Source of the DNA: Perna viridis
Lineage: Eukaryota
Direction: 5' to 3'
NCBI GenBank assembly: GCA_037379345.1
Contig: CM074524.1
Location: forward strand, 34,791,644-34,855,643
DNA: 64,000 nucleotides
Under the pieces are notes generated by a model. The model was not told where the DNA came from and did no database searches. It saw nothing but the letters and a program-made list of their open reading frames with translations. The position numbers were made by a program, and so were the translations under genes. Shown here one piece after another: positions 63,515-64,000 of the stretch (within the stretch, counting starts at the first letter, position 1; each line of letters starts with the position of its first letter).

Positions 63515-64000
63515 GAAGCCATCAGAAAAGCACCACCACCTGAAAATGTATCTCAACTAAAATCAGTATTAGGATTGATAAACTACTATGCAAAGTTTTT
63601 GCCAGATTTGGCAACATTACTCAACCCGCTACACAAACATTTAAAGAAAGACACACATTGGAAGAGAACTAAAGAATGCAATGAAGCATTTGAGAAGGTC
63701 AAGGACTTAGTATCATCTGATATAGTGTTGACACACTTTAATTCTGAAGTCCCAGTAACATTAGCGTGTGATGCCTCAGCCTATGGACTAGGTTGCGTGA
63801 TTTCTCACATTTATCCTGATGGATCAGAACGCCCAATTGTATTTGCTTCAAGAACTTTAGCACCTGCAGAGAACAATTACTCTCAGATAGATGAAGAGGC
63901 ACTAGAATAGTGTGGGGTATAAGGAAATTCCAGTCATATTTATATGGCAGTAAATTTAAACTGATAACCGACCATCAGCCACTTATCTACATCTTTAAGC

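Larger units (their letters stand above)
60713..64000 (+). mobile_element. Degenerate Gypsy LTR retrotransposon (Mag-like), running off the right edge
   Basis: 5' LTR tgtta...taaca 60713-61313 (with a SINE inside), PBS tggcgacaag at 61316; gag with two CCHC-type knuckles, protease ELDTGS, RT IVPVLKKNG...CGDFK and YLDD-like motif, RNase H CDASAYGLG...NYSQID. Confidence 0.9.

Overview
Eukaryotic, AT-rich animal genomic DNA with GT-AG introns. The repeat families suggest a bivalve mollusc (inference). Two host genes can be assembled, both on the minus strand. The first is a complete 11-exon PLP-dependent acidic-amino-acid decarboxylase of the CSAD/GADL1 type (28044..14582, 520 aa). The second, just downstream, is a predicted two-exon gene (11789..11144 joined to 8600..8401, 281 aa) with an unusual architecture: a PARP-type zinc finger followed by two PC4-type ssDNA-binding domains. 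This is the most interesting candidate in the window. The left end is a decayed Gypsy LTR retrotransposon, followed by an unclassified element with a dense ETS/CRE/NRF1 motif cluster. From about 29.9 kb to the end is a nested transposon stack. It holds an L1/Tx1-like LINE with a zinc-knuckle plus esterase ORF1, four RTE-X/CR1-group LINEs and two Gypsy elements. One of those LINEs is almost intact, with ORF1 and ORF2 in frame across a single TAG. Five copies of a structured-head SINE lie in the stack; Penelope-like fragments with a structured 3' end, MITEs and minisatellites occur across the window. All seven large autonomous-type elements in the stack lie on the + strand. Calls are made by eye from motifs and splice phases; no database search was run.
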